This document shows positions 1 to 10,421 of a stretch of 64,000 nucleotides of DNA, in pieces; position 1 is the stretch's first letter; each line of letters starts with the position of its first letter. Position numbers and translations under genes: made by a program. The stretch is taken from assembly GCA_001599295.1 (NCBI GenBank), contig BCGN01000002.1:620001-684000 (forward strand), written 5' to 3'. The stretch is from Sporopachydermia quercuum (Eukaryota). Under the pieces are notes generated by a model. It saw only the letters and a program-made list of their open reading frames with translations, was not told the origin of the DNA and made no database searches.

Positions 1-731
1 GGTAGGATATTAGTTTTGTAGTATTCTTTATCAATACCTTCAAGCTGCGATAAACGAACCAAGTTAGAACCAACCAGGATCTGGAGTTCCTTTCTTTCTC
101 TAGTTCTCTTTTCACGTTCTCTAGAATGTCCTTGATGTTGTAACCGAACCCATAGTTTATTCATTTCAACGAAATTAGTAATAACAAACTGGATGGAGTC
201 TGATAGATTACCTTCTGATCCTTCACTGTTACCAATAGGCAATAAATCTCTTGTTCTTTGTGACAGATAGTATCTCAGAAACAAACCTCGAATAGGATGC
301 TGTACACCTCTGCACATTTCCATCATATCTTTCATGATCTCTTTGACTGGAGCATCAGGTATTGACATATAGACGGTACCCACAGTGATCAAGAGATATA
401 ACCTAGGGATAATGTTACCAGCATACTGAACCAATTCATACAAATCAGCCAAGTGGTTTGTTGGATGTGATTCTTTGAGATATGTTGCCAAATAGCCTAA
501 AGCATCAAACACAGCAATGTATAATTCGTAGTATTGTTTAGGTGTTAAGTTAGAAGTTCTTAGTTCGGCTAAAAACGTTGATGCATGTTTCAAAGCATCC
601 ATGGTTCTACCTTTGCCAGCATCTAAACATTTACGCATAGCTTGTTGCTGTTGCTTGATGACCATTAGAGAGTCTTCAAGCATTCTAGCTTGTTCCTCCG
701 GTGTTGGCGGAGGAGGAGCAACTGAAGACAT
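1..731 (-). CDS. VPS35: Retromer subunit Vps35, N-terminal part (runs off the left window edge; absent from the ORF track)
   Basis: Manual translation from ATG at 731: [22 protein letters not shown]...[27 protein letters not shown]...[20 protein letters not shown]...[19 protein letters not shown], including the PRLYL signature. Confidence 0.96.
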   Translation of the reverse strand, partial: MSSVAPPPPTPEEQARMLEDSLMVIKQQQQAMRKCLDAGKGRTMDALKHASTFLAELRTSNLTPKQYYELYIAVFDALGYLATYLKESHPTNHLADLYELVQYAGNIIPRLYLLITVGTVYMSIPDAPVKEIMKDMMEMCRGVQHPIRGLFLRYYLSQRTRDLLPIGNSEGSEGNLSDSIQFVITNFVEMNKLWVRLQHQGHSREREKRTRERKELQILVGSNLVRLSQLEGIDKEYYKTNIL

Positions 732-2202
732 GAATGATGATAGTTTCTTGTTGAATGAAAACTCGCTAGTGTCAAAAGAGAGATAATAATCAAATAAATA
801 TTGTAGATGAATTCCCAGTTAAATTTCTTTGATAATGAGGATTGTTTACGCCAGTTACTAGTTATGCACTCTGCCGTCACAATGCACACCACAGCACACA
901 GTACGCTTATCGACCTCCGACCCAATGAAATACCTATCTGATGACCGATCAATCAATCAATCAATTAATCAATAGAACAAATCTATCATAAGCCAATCAA
1001 ACTAGTTGAAACCTACCAACAAAAGTTCATTCTGATTATATATAGTTTATTCTTTTTTATCCTTACGAGAAGTTCTCCTTATCTGACGATGTATGGTACG
1101 TAAAGTATGCGGTAGAATATAATAAGGAGATATGGGGCCAGAATGGGTTACAATAGCAAAAACGGAGCGAATGGGGTTTGTGGTGGAAGTTCGGAGAAGA
1201 TGGAAAATATTAGGATTTTAGGATAACGGATATTATATAAATAGGTATATTTTCCGAAATTTCATTATCGGAGTCCTATTGTAGAGGATTGATTGATTGA
1301 TTGATTGAATAATATGAATAAAATATAGAAGGAAAATAAAAATGGGGAGTACAAAGAATCAGTATTGAGAGAAGAAATTAGTTTGTCGAAGATATCCGTA
1401 CTTTTGGAGCAACTATGAACTGTGCAGTTGTTGGTAGTGGCAGAGTGTTCATGACATGCCCATGTAGAGGCTGATGGCTATGCAGGTGCTATTGATAGTA
1501 TATAGTACGTATATGAGTAATTTGATCACAAATTTGTGACTGGTGGAGTTGAAGCAGCAATTTTCTGAAATCCAGAGAGTCAAATATCTAGCAGAAGATC
1601 GGCAGAGCATCAACAACTTGAAACTCTATTATAGTTAATTCCTACTCCATCATAGGAACCGTTTGCTGATCAATGTCAGTTCGAACTGCTGTTGGTTCAA
1701 GAAAAAAAGCTATTAATGTATTGAGCAGGAGTTCAGGGCATTGAAAGACTGTGTAGCAAGAACTATGTTCTGCATTGACAAAAAAGTATATCCAATGCCA
1801 TCTTCTTAAGTTCGTGTAGAAGTGCACCATATGTTTGGTAGGTAGTTGGGATTCAGCAATCAGCTATGGGATCCGTTGCTGGTAATATTTTTAATGATGA
1901 AAAGGCCATCAATTTTCTAATAAATATAATAATGATAATAGTAATAATCATCATTTGTTCATGTCTAAATGCTGCAATAGTATCCTTGATCGACGTAACA
2001 TAAACCGTCACCAATTATTTCCAGTTCGTAAAAAGCTAACATCAGTCAGCCAATGGAATTATTTTTGTTTGAATCATAATTATAGTTGTTGATAGTATAA
2101 CCAGGATTATCTGACAGTATAACATGAAGTAACCTCATTTGATATATTTTACGTCTATCCAGCAGTGCAACCCATAACTATAAACTATCAAGTCTCCCAT
2201 TC

Positions 2203-3231
2203 TCACATATTAGACAAAATATATCGCATGTATAAACCATCAGGACCGCTCAAAAGCTTCTCCCTTATAAATTCAATAGCTGTCTCCTCATTAACACCAA
2301 ATTTCAATAAAGCAATGAAAACATATAGCATTCTGGCAATAGCATCCTTTTTATAATCCAATATCGAGACTGGCGAAACAGCAAGCTCATGCAATGGAAT
2401 CCTTTTCTTATATATTGTTGTTCCTTGCTCATCAAAATGACCTTTCTTAAGAACCACATTGAATTGTTCGTAGTCTACTTCAACTTCCAACACTTGATGA
2501 CTACAAAAATTGTATAGAGCTTCTCTCCCACAAAATTCCTTTTGATCAATGTTCGGGATTCTATCCACATTCAGGTTTCCTATTGCTGCTATTGTCGTCT
2601 CAGACGTTCGCTCATATTCAATAGAGTATGTCATCGATGTTAATCGCAGTAGAATTTTCCCCATTAAAGCCAAACTTTCAGTCAAGTAAAAAATTTCAGT
2701 TTCAGAGTTGCAAGCTTTTTCACTCAACTCTTCTATTGGATTCTCTTCTTCTGTTACGTTTAATATATCTTCCTTGCTAATCCTTAAATCTGCCAGTGGA
2801 TATAATGCCATCATCAATGCGTCTTCTGATANGAGGCTGCTATATTTCTCAAAAAATAAACGAAACGCTGCTAGCTTAAAAATGCTTCTGATTCGGAACT
2901 GCTGAGTTTTTGAGTCTTTCAGTTGTGACACGTCATTTTTTCCTTTTGTAGTGTTGATAAGTTCTATCAGTGATGGCAACCTTCTGTTAAGTCTGTATTG
3001 ATGTCTAACCCATTCAATGTTTGAGCCAACATTTGACGTTGTATGATCGTATTGGATATCTTCGAGTTCAAAAGTTCTGAATTTGCTCATTTTTGCTTCG
3101 TTTTTGTTTAATTTAGCTACTGAAGATGCGGCATTGGCCAGTTTTTTTCTTGTATTAACAGTTTCCACTAATCCGTGGTATCTGCGGATAGCCATGAAGT
3201 TTCCCAGCTGGCAGACAAAACATTGTGACAT
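2203..3231 (-). CDS. Uncharacterised ~342 aa protein, probably mitochondrial; weak resemblance to non-catalytic RNase III-like (mL57/MrpL15-type) proteins
   Basis: Long open frame 2203..3270 with first ATG at 3231. N-terminus MSQCFVCQLGNFMAIRRYHG lacks acidic residues and has an RRY motif. Segments ESLALMGKILLRL and AIEFIREKLLSGPDGL recall RNase III-like helices. A short upstream exon (ATG 3406, donor GTANGT at 3400) is possible. Confidence 0.5.
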   Translation of the reverse strand: MSQCFVCQLGNFMAIRRYHGLVETVNTRKKLANAASSVAKLNKNEAKMSKFRTFELEDIQYDHTTSNVGSNIEWVRHQYRLNRRLPSLIELINTTKGKNDVSQLKDSKTQQFRIRSIFKLAAFRLFFEKYSSLXSEDALMMALYPLADLRISKEDILNVTEEENPIEELSEKACNSETEIFYLTESLALMGKILLRLTSMTYSIEYERTSETTIAAIGNLNVDRIPNIDQKEFCGREALYNFCSHQVLEVEVDYEQFNVVLKKGHFDEQGTTIYKKRIPLHELAVSPVSILDYKKDAIARMLYVFIALLKFGVNEETAIEFIREKLLSGPDGLYMRYILSNM

Positions 3232-3702
3232 TGTGTAGATTACTTTTATTATGACATAAGTATTGGACACCTGTTGCTGATATGCTGAAAAATAATATAG
3301 TAAGTAAAATGGAAGTAAGAGGAATAAACAATTGTAATAGTTGTTGATAATACTCGTTTATAACGAAAGAGTAATGTGTGATTGATGACGAGAGACNTAC
3401 TTCCATGGTTAAGCCTTCCGGTGCGTTGTAGTTAATGAGGGTTACAATGATTCCTGTAGGAAAAAGTGTCCTTCCACCACCAGAAGCTATCTTCTCCAGC
3501 CCCAAAAGCAGCATTCGCAAACAGAACTCTTAGATTGTTGGAAGAAATAATTGCCCTTCAATCACATGATCTACAACATACTTGTGGCTTCTCCCCACAT
3601 AAAAATTATTTCTACTCATTTTCCATACTAAACAAAAAAGTTTCCTGTATGCGAGTAAAATGCTCTACCATCTTTCTCTATCATTATTACCATTTGACAC
3701 AG

Positions 3703-3740
3703 CGACTTTTTTCATCGCTTTCATATTTCCTCAATTTTCA
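3703..3740. promoter_or_regulatory. PAC-like and RRPE-like ribosome-biogenesis promoter elements upstream of AFG2
   Basis: Reverse strand reads GCGATGAAAAAAGT (~3705-3718) and TGAAAATT (3733-3740), 120-160 bp before the ATG of a ribosome-biogenesis gene. Confidence 0.45.
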
Positions 3741-3860
3741 TAATTCATAGAAATTCAATTTTAATTGCTTTTATCAATAGAGCCATAAATTTCATCTTGG
3801 AGTCTATCATTCAGTCAACAATCATTCATCAGTAACCACAATAGCATTAACAGTCGCATA

Positions 3861-6194
3861 ATGCCCCCAAAGACAAAGAAAGATGCAAAGGGTACACCTA
3901 CATTGACCTCAGGGTCAAATTCAGCTGCTCCAAGCCCTTTAAAGGAAGAAAGAGCAGTGAAAATACCGAAAAACTTCATTGTGAGGCCGAGCGGCCAGGA
4001 AAATATGAAACGAGTGTTCGAAGTTTACTTAACCCGTCAAGTATTACAAGCAATGGGCGCTACACCTTTTCTATACATAGGCAAAGAATCCGAACCAGGT
4101 GCTTTAGTTATGGCAAAGGAAATAGGAAGATTAACTCCTGATCATAATGTTATTCTACTCAGTAAACCTCTACGGAGGCTGCTGAGTTTTTCTTTAGGAG
4201 ATCGGGTCATTGTTAGTCCCTGTGATGAGATGCCTGAGATTGCGTTAAGTGTTCAAGTATACATCTCAAGACACAAAAACATAAAGAAAGAGAGTCAAAT
4301 AGACGAGCGAAGAATCAGAAAAGCTATTCAAAATATTGGCGTGATATGTAGAGGTTTACGAATTAAACTTGATGAAGGATCAGAAACTGAATGCGAGATC
4401 CTGTTTGATCAACCTTCTGGTCTACCTGATGTATCAGGTTTGAATCTATCTACACAGGATGATCCACTAACAATCAGTGGAAACAATCGTACAATTGCTC
4501 CAATGTTTATCTGCTCTTCCAACACCGAAGTAACTATAACATCATCTAATTATGGAGATAATTCGTTGATTTCTATTGGAAAATCTAGTGGATATAACTC
4601 AGTCGGCGGTTTGTGTGACCAGATTTCTTTACTACGCACTTTAATCGATGTACCTTTAAACAACCCTGAAATTTATGGAGACTTCGGCATTTCACCACCT
4701 AGAGGAATTCTTCTTCATGGTCCTTCTGGCACAGGGAAAACTATGCTTTTAAATGCTATAGCTCTGGAATGTGAGGATGCTCATATTGTCAGAATATCAG
4801 GACCTTCTATTGTGTCAAAATATCTTGGTGAGACTGAATCTACTTTAAGGACGCTATTTGATGAAGCAAAAAAGTTTGAGCCAAGTGTGATTCTAATGGA
4901 TGAGATTGATTCTTTAGCCCCTAAGCGTGAAAGTGATGATTCTGGTGAAGCTGAACAAAGAGTAGTTGCTACTCTGTTAACATTACTTGATGGAATAAAA
5001 GAACATAGTAGATTGGTGTTAATTGGAGCTACTAACAGGCCTAATAAATTAGATTCTGGACTCAGGAGGCCTGGCAGATTTGATCGTGAGGTAGAAATCG
5101 GTATTCCAGATGCTGCTGCTCGTGTTGATATATTAGAAAAACTATTAGGAAGAATGAACCGTCATAATTTGCACAACCAGATCTCAGAAATAGGGTCGAG
5201 AACTCATGGTTATGTTGGTGCTGATCTAACTGCTTTATGCAGAGAAGCAGTTATGAAAACTATACAACGAGGCATGAAAACAGGTCAATTGAATAGTAAA
5301 GAGCTTTTTATAGAATACAACGATTTGACTGAAGCTTTGAAAGAAATTAGACCAAGTGCTATGAGGGAAATCTTCATAGAAACACCAAAAGTTCGTTGGG
5401 ATGATATCGGAGGTCAAGAAAGCGTGAAACAGAAACTGAAAGAAATGGTCCAACTGCCGTTAGAAGCTGGTGATGCTTTCAAACGATTGGGAGTCCAAGC
5501 ACCAAAAGGGGTTCTTTTATATGGACCACCTGGATGTTCTAAGACTCTTATAGCAAAAGCATTAGCTACAGAATCTGGGGTTAATTTTCTGGCGGTCAAA
5601 GGACCTGAGATTTTCAATAAATACGTTGGAGAGTCTGAAAGAGCCGTGAGAGAAGTTTTCCGCAAGGCAAGAGCTGCCGCACCAAGTATTATTTTCTTTG
5701 ATGAGATAGATGCATTATCAGGAGATCGTGGTGGAGACCATTCAACAGCTACATCAGATTTGGTTCTAACGTCAATGTTAAATGAAATCGATGGTGTTGA
5801 AGAGCTAAGAGGTGTTGTGATAGTAGCAGCAACCAATAGACCGGACGTTATAGATGCTGCACTATTGAGACCAGGAAGATTAGACCGACATATATACGTT
5901 TCACCCCCAGAATTTAAAGATAGGGAGAAGATATTTATGAATAGTCTGGAGAAAATGTGTGTTGGAGAAGAAGTGCATAGCAAGCTAGATATATTAGCAG
6001 AATGGACCGAGGGATGTTCAGGAGCAGAGGTAGTTTTATTATGTCAAGAAGCAGGATTAGCAGCCATAAAGGAAGATACTGGAATAGAATCAGTTGAATG
6101 GAGGCATTTTGAGCAAGCAAGAAAAGGACTGCATAAAGGGATTACACAAGAGATGCTTGAGTTTTATAGGTCTTATGCTGAGGCAAACAATTGA
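3861..6194 (+). CDS. AFG2: AAA ATPase Afg2/Drg1 (60S maturation)
   Basis: Two AAA modules: GPSGTGKT / ILMDEID and GPPGCSKT / IFFDEID; IRPSAMRE linker; GCSKT in D2 is typical of Afg2/SPATA5. Confidence 0.95.
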   Translation: MPPKTKKDAKGTPTLTSGSNSAAPSPLKEERAVKIPKNFIVRPSGQENMKRVFEVYLTRQVLQAMGATPFLYIGKESEPGALVMAKEIGRLTPDHNVILLSKPLRRLLSFSLGDRVIVSPCDEMPEIALSVQVYISRHKNIKKESQIDERRIRKAIQNIGVICRGLRIKLDEGSETECEILFDQPSGLPDVSGLNLSTQDDPLTISGNNRTIAPMFICSSNTEVTITSSNYGDNSLISIGKSSGYNSVGGLCDQISLLRTLIDVPLNNPEIYGDFGISPPRGILLHGPSGTGKTMLLNAIALECEDAHIVRISGPSIVSKYLGETESTLRTLFDEAKKFEPSVILMDEIDSLAPKRESDDSGEAEQRVVATLLTLLDGIKEHSRLVLIGATNRPNKLDSGLRRPGRFDREVEIGIPDAAARVDILEKLLGRMNRHNLHNQISEIGSRTHGYVGADLTALCREAVMKTIQRGMKTGQLNSKELFIEYNDLTEALKEIRPSAMREIFIETPKVRWDDIGGQESVKQKLKEMVQLPLEAGDAFKRLGVQAPKGVLLYGPPGCSKTLIAKALATESGVNFLAVKGPEIFNKYVGESERAVREVFRKARAAAPSIIFFDEIDALSGDRGGDHSTATSDLVLTSMLNEIDGVEELRGVVIVAATNRPDVIDAALLRPGRLDRHIYVSPPEFKDREKIFMNSLEKMCVGEEVHSKLDILAEWTEGCSGAEVVLLCQEAGLAAIKEDTGIESVEWRHFEQARKGLHKGITQEMLEFYRSYAEANN

Positions 6195-6603
6195 GATATC
6201 AATTAGAGGATGTGTACAGAAAAAATAACAAGGATAATCTTACTATTAATATTACTATTACTACTACTATGACTATCAATTATAATGATTAACTAATATT
6301 AAATTATTAACAACCCAACCTTGAAAGTTGAAACCTTTCAACTAATGCAAATCCAATAATATTAACAGCAATGAATGATTCCCTGAAAAATCATACTATA
6401 TAACAGTTCTGATCCTAAGAAATAAGAGATGAGAAACAAACAGAGCGCAAGAATACATGTGATGATAAAAATAATAATGGTACCGCTAATGACAGGGGCA
6501 GTTAACACAAAAAGAAACAATGACCTCTGGCCTCTGAAATCTTTCTCTTGTTTATACATTCATGATAACAATAACGACAACGACTAAACGATTCATTCTT
6601 TGA

Positions 6604-7239
6604 TTACCGTTTTAGCTTCTTAGTTTGCGGATCATTACCAAATGCTGGTCTTTTCTTTTTCTCTGTTAATTCAGAAAAGATAAATCCTTCTGGTGCTTTG
6701 GAGAATATATTTCTATCATCATTGAATATATCATTTGATTTGAAAGGTGGAATTATGTTTTCAATGTCATCATGGATATTTTGGTACTGTGAAAGGTTTA
6801 ATGGCAATATTTCTTGCTGTTGCTGTTGTTGCTGTTGCTGTTGTTGCTGTTGCTGTTGATCTACTGTAGCATGCATATCCATACTACTGTTAATATTGCT
6901 ATTGTTATTATCATTCATATTGATATTGTCACTATTANTACTACTCATTTCCTGTGCATTCTTAGTTGAGGAACCTTCAAGTAGTTTCTCACGAGTGCTA
7001 ATCGCCCATTGTAAAACATCTTTACCTTCGGTATGTATAGCTATCAAATCATCCAGTGCTTCTATATATCCTTTATACTTCAGAAGACTTGCCTTTGATG
7101 ATGAGAATCTGTATAAGGAAGCCACTGCTTTAGCAGCACTTTTGAAATCTGACGCCAAATCGGCATCCAGTTGGTCCAGTGTTGCCTCTGTTACTGGCAT
7201 TGTATGGGGCAAGGATGATGATAATGATGAAAGATCCAT
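6604..7239 (-). CDS. Conserved fungal protein, HAPSTR1/C16orf72-like N-terminal helix, poly-Q tract, basic C-terminus
   Basis: ATG at 7239 gives MDLSSLSSSLP...LASDFKSAAKAVASLYR...KGYIEALDDL; ends KKKRP...KKLKR, resembling a bipartite NLS. Confidence 0.65.
   Translation of the reverse strand: MDLSSLSSSLPHTMPVTEATLDQLDADLASDFKSAAKAVASLYRFSSSKASLLKYKGYIEALDDLIAIHTEGKDVLQWAISTREKLLEGSSTKNAQEMSSXNSDNINMNDNNNSNINSSMDMHATVDQQQQQQQQQQQQQQQEILPLNLSQYQNIHDDIENIIPPFKSNDIFNDDRNIFSKAPEGFIFSELTEKKKRPAFGNDPQTKKLKR
6814..6858. repeat. Perfect 15-bp unit x3 encoding Q15
   Basis: (TTGCTGTTGCTGTTG)3 on the + strand, i.e. CAA/CAG codons on the - strand. Confidence 0.95.
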
Positions 7240-8420
7240 TCTGAATGAACGTTCTTTGTCCTGAAGCAATTGTGCTGCCTATGATTTGATGCTGCTGTTT
7301 CTCTTGCTAGTTGTCTNCAATTGCTATAGTTTGAAGCTAGAAGCTGCTTTGATAGATTTGCAGAATATAATAGGCTGATCCGAGTTTTGTAGATATTCTG
7401 TAGCAATTACGTAACTCAAGCTGTTGGTTTAAAGACATAAAGCTACTACTTCTTGTCCTTTTCCCAATAAATGAATGACAGGTGAAGATGACCGAAGCTG
7501 AGCTATATAAGCTGAACTGTTGGCCCAAAAAATCTTTTACTGAGGGTGGATTTTTCCAATTTGCAAGTGTATGTTAGTAAACAGATGATAATAATAGATT
7601 CAAATTATAAGGTTCTTGGTTGTTTACGAAGTAAGTAATATGAACAGTAAGGAAGTAATGATGTACAATCAACAGAGGAAGAAAGGCGAGACATAGGCTT
7701 CAGAATGATTGAAAGAAATGCTAACAAAATATTTTCTGTGGTAGGTTATCTGAATGGGGTAATTACGGATCATGTGATGTATGAGGGGCATCTCGCGTGA
7801 TGAGTTACAATGAAGCATGAATGCTGGATTACTGACCTGGAATATTAACTTGAAATGTGGTGAAATTTGTTAGATAGTTTACTATAATAATATTATACGA
7901 AATAGTATAAATTTAATTGGTGCTCTTTTTCTAGGAGTAACTTATGCTTGTCGTTAATAAACAGAAGATGTTTAGGAGACACTCTGAAAGAGTCTCAATG
8001 AAAAATGGAGAAGTATGCATAATTATGCATTATGAAGGACCACCCATGGAAGTGGTGGGACATAATGATACTTGGATATAAAGCTGAAATAAGTGCTTCA
8101 ATTGGTTTGAAGAAAAAGAAGTTGCTGTTTGGTTTTACAAGGATATTGAACGAATATTTTTAGTTCTAAGTCAAACATTGAAGTAAACTGAGTTATTTAT
8201 ATTGAATCCCGTTGTCAAAACATACATTAAGAAAAGTATGTATAATTATGCGTAGGTCCATATTAGTGCATGTTATTGCATGTATTGCCGAATCATTTAT
8301 CTCTCATAGTTTGAATATACAATTACGAGTTCTCTTTCATATTAATTATTATAAATTGGAAAAAATTAGTNATGACTCAGTTGATTATACCTTCATGCCC
8401 ATAAAGTCCTAAATAATGCC

Positions 8421-9605
8421 TTAAAAACTGAATGCCTCAAGTTCCTTCCCCAACTTTGCAGCTCCTGCAATGTCCATTGATCCTTCTATTGCAATCTTGG
8501 CTCGACCTGCATTCAGTCCTTCTAACAAAACACAAGCTTTACATATTATATTACTGCTTAGATATCCACATCTTTCACAAGTAGAAGATGAAGCTGGTGC
8601 AATAGTTGTTCGTTTCCGCGAAGAATAGCCTTTTGAATTGAACACATCAGTTGTGCCATCAGACTTCACCTCAACGATTTCCACATCGTTATTGCTACTG
8701 TGTTTAACCACAGCTATCGGTACTTTCTTCTTACCTTTGCCTTTACTTCTTTCAACTGTTTTCTTTAACACCAAACTTTCACCAGAGTGTATCACATCAA
8801 TAATACTGCTAGGGCGAACTGATTCTAAGTTTTTGATTAATGTTCTGGCTGTACCTCTAAATGCTTCTGGTGAATAGGTACATTCGGTTGAGAAATAATC
8901 AAGTTTTTTATAATGAGCATAAAGAACAATTTCCTTCTCATAAGTGTATTTAAATGGTTTACTTCTCTTAACTGGTGACTCACTTGATCCTGTAACTATG
9001 GCTGTAGATTTTTCCAACCTTGCAACATCACCTCTTAGAATATTCATTAAAACTGTTTCCGCCATATCATCAGCATTATGTCCAGTAAGAACATGACGAA
9101 TATCAAGTTTTATTGCTCCCCTATCTAATGCTTGTCTTCTGAAAACACCACAGTAAGTACAGTTGTTTTTCTTACCAATTTGACTTACTATCTCATCCAT
9201 CGTCCATTCGTATAACTCTTTATAGGAGACGATTTCTAATGGCATGTTATATTGGTCTTTATTCCTCTTAACAGTTTCTAACGAATCATCACGATAACCA
9301 GCAATTCCTTCATCAATTGATAAAAGAACGAATTCAACCCCATAATCATATCTTTCATTTAATGTCTTCATAACGTATGCTAAAACTGTTGAATCTTTGC
9401 CTCCACTTGCGCCAATAGCTACCCTCTCTCCTCTATAGAACAGTTTAGCATCTACTATTGTCTGATGAATTTCCGTCTCAAACACATGATAAAAGCACTC
9501 TTTGCAAAGCTTTTCCCCAGTTTTTGGTCTTCTCATAACAGCTTTGCGTCCCCTGCAAAGCTCGCAAACGTTCTTAATCCCAACACTTCCTACCATCTTC
9601 GCCAT
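8421..9605 (-). CDS. NCS6: Cytoplasmic tRNA 2-thiolation protein 1
   Basis: PP-loop [27 protein letters not shown]- and C-terminal CxxC pairs. Confidence 0.97.
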   Translation of the reverse strand: MAKMVGSVGIKNVCELCRGRKAVMRRPKTGEKLCKECFYHVFETEIHQTIVDAKLFYRGERVAIGASGGKDSTVLAYVMKTLNERYDYGVEFVLLSIDEGIAGYRDDSLETVKRNKDQYNMPLEIVSYKELYEWTMDEIVSQIGKKNNCTYCGVFRRQALDRGAIKLDIRHVLTGHNADDMAETVLMNILRGDVARLEKSTAIVTGSSESPVKRSKPFKYTYEKEIVLYAHYKKLDYFSTECTYSPEAFRGTARTLIKNLESVRPSSIIDVIHSGESLVLKKTVERSKGKGKKKVPIAVVKHSSNNDVEIVEVKSDGTTDVFNSKGYSSRKRTTIAPASSSTCERCGYLSSNIICKACVLLEGLNAGRAKIAIEGSMDIAGAAKLGKELEAFSF

Positions 9606-9794
9606 TTACTCAATAGAACGATATCTAGATATGTATTAATAAAACAAACTCTTCACTAGCTTTTTCATTCACTTTTATTTATTCAAGCCCTTTTTAGCCT
9701 TCACTCCAACAGTCAAAGCAAGCTCACCAATAATTTAAACATCTTCATCGTTCTATTTCATCTCTCTCTTCTCACTATTTACCACTCATTTCTT

Positions 9795-9820
9795 AACTTT
9801 TTCAAATTTTTGATTTTTCA
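9795..9820 (-). promoter_or_regulatory. RRPE-like elements in the divergent NCS6/NIP1 promoter
   Basis: Reverse strand TGAAAAATCAAAAATTTGAAAAAGTT; further AAAATTTTCA at ~10006 and TGAAACTTTTCA at ~10033. Confidence 0.4.
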
Positions 9821-10421
9821 CTCACCAAATAAAAAAAACATTTAACGTTTATGCATGTTTTCTGGTTCTGGAAATAAGCTCAAACGTTAAACTTTACTAA
9901 AGTCAATATCATGTCTCACTCTATCTCTGAGAGATCGTTAATGCTCTAATATACACTACTATTTCCTTTGATCTTAGAAACTATCAGCACGAACTTTTCC
10001 CAATCAAAATTTTCAGCAGAAAAATTAAACGCTGAAACTTTTCACGCTCACAAAGCAGTGATAGGTGCAACCTCAAAGGGAACCATTTGCTATTTTAATA
10101 TACAGAATTTAGTGGGAATTGCAACAGTTTAGGATTATCTAGATTCTTTAAATTAAAGCCGTGAAGAAGTCGTTTTCATCGGTAGGAGCTTATTGGAATC
10201 TTTTAGTTGGAGAGATCCTGTCGCAGTTGTTAGAAGAGTTTGCCGTCTATTTCAATCACCATTGTGTAAAAGACACGCGATTGTTTAGTGATACAAAAGT
10301 AGTTTCATTATCAACGACAACAAACAAACAAATCGACAAATAACATCGAATAAATTTTGTTAGTTTGCAGATATAAGTGTTTGGATTATAAATTGCCAAG
10401 TGAATAATTAATATTTGAACA

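Noticed and set aside
3861..6194. Alternative yeast CUG code (Ser or Ala)
   Set aside because: CTG occupies conserved Leu positions in Afg2 (VVAT-L-LTL, QK-L-KEM, Q-L-PL, NF-L-AVKG), indicating the standard code.
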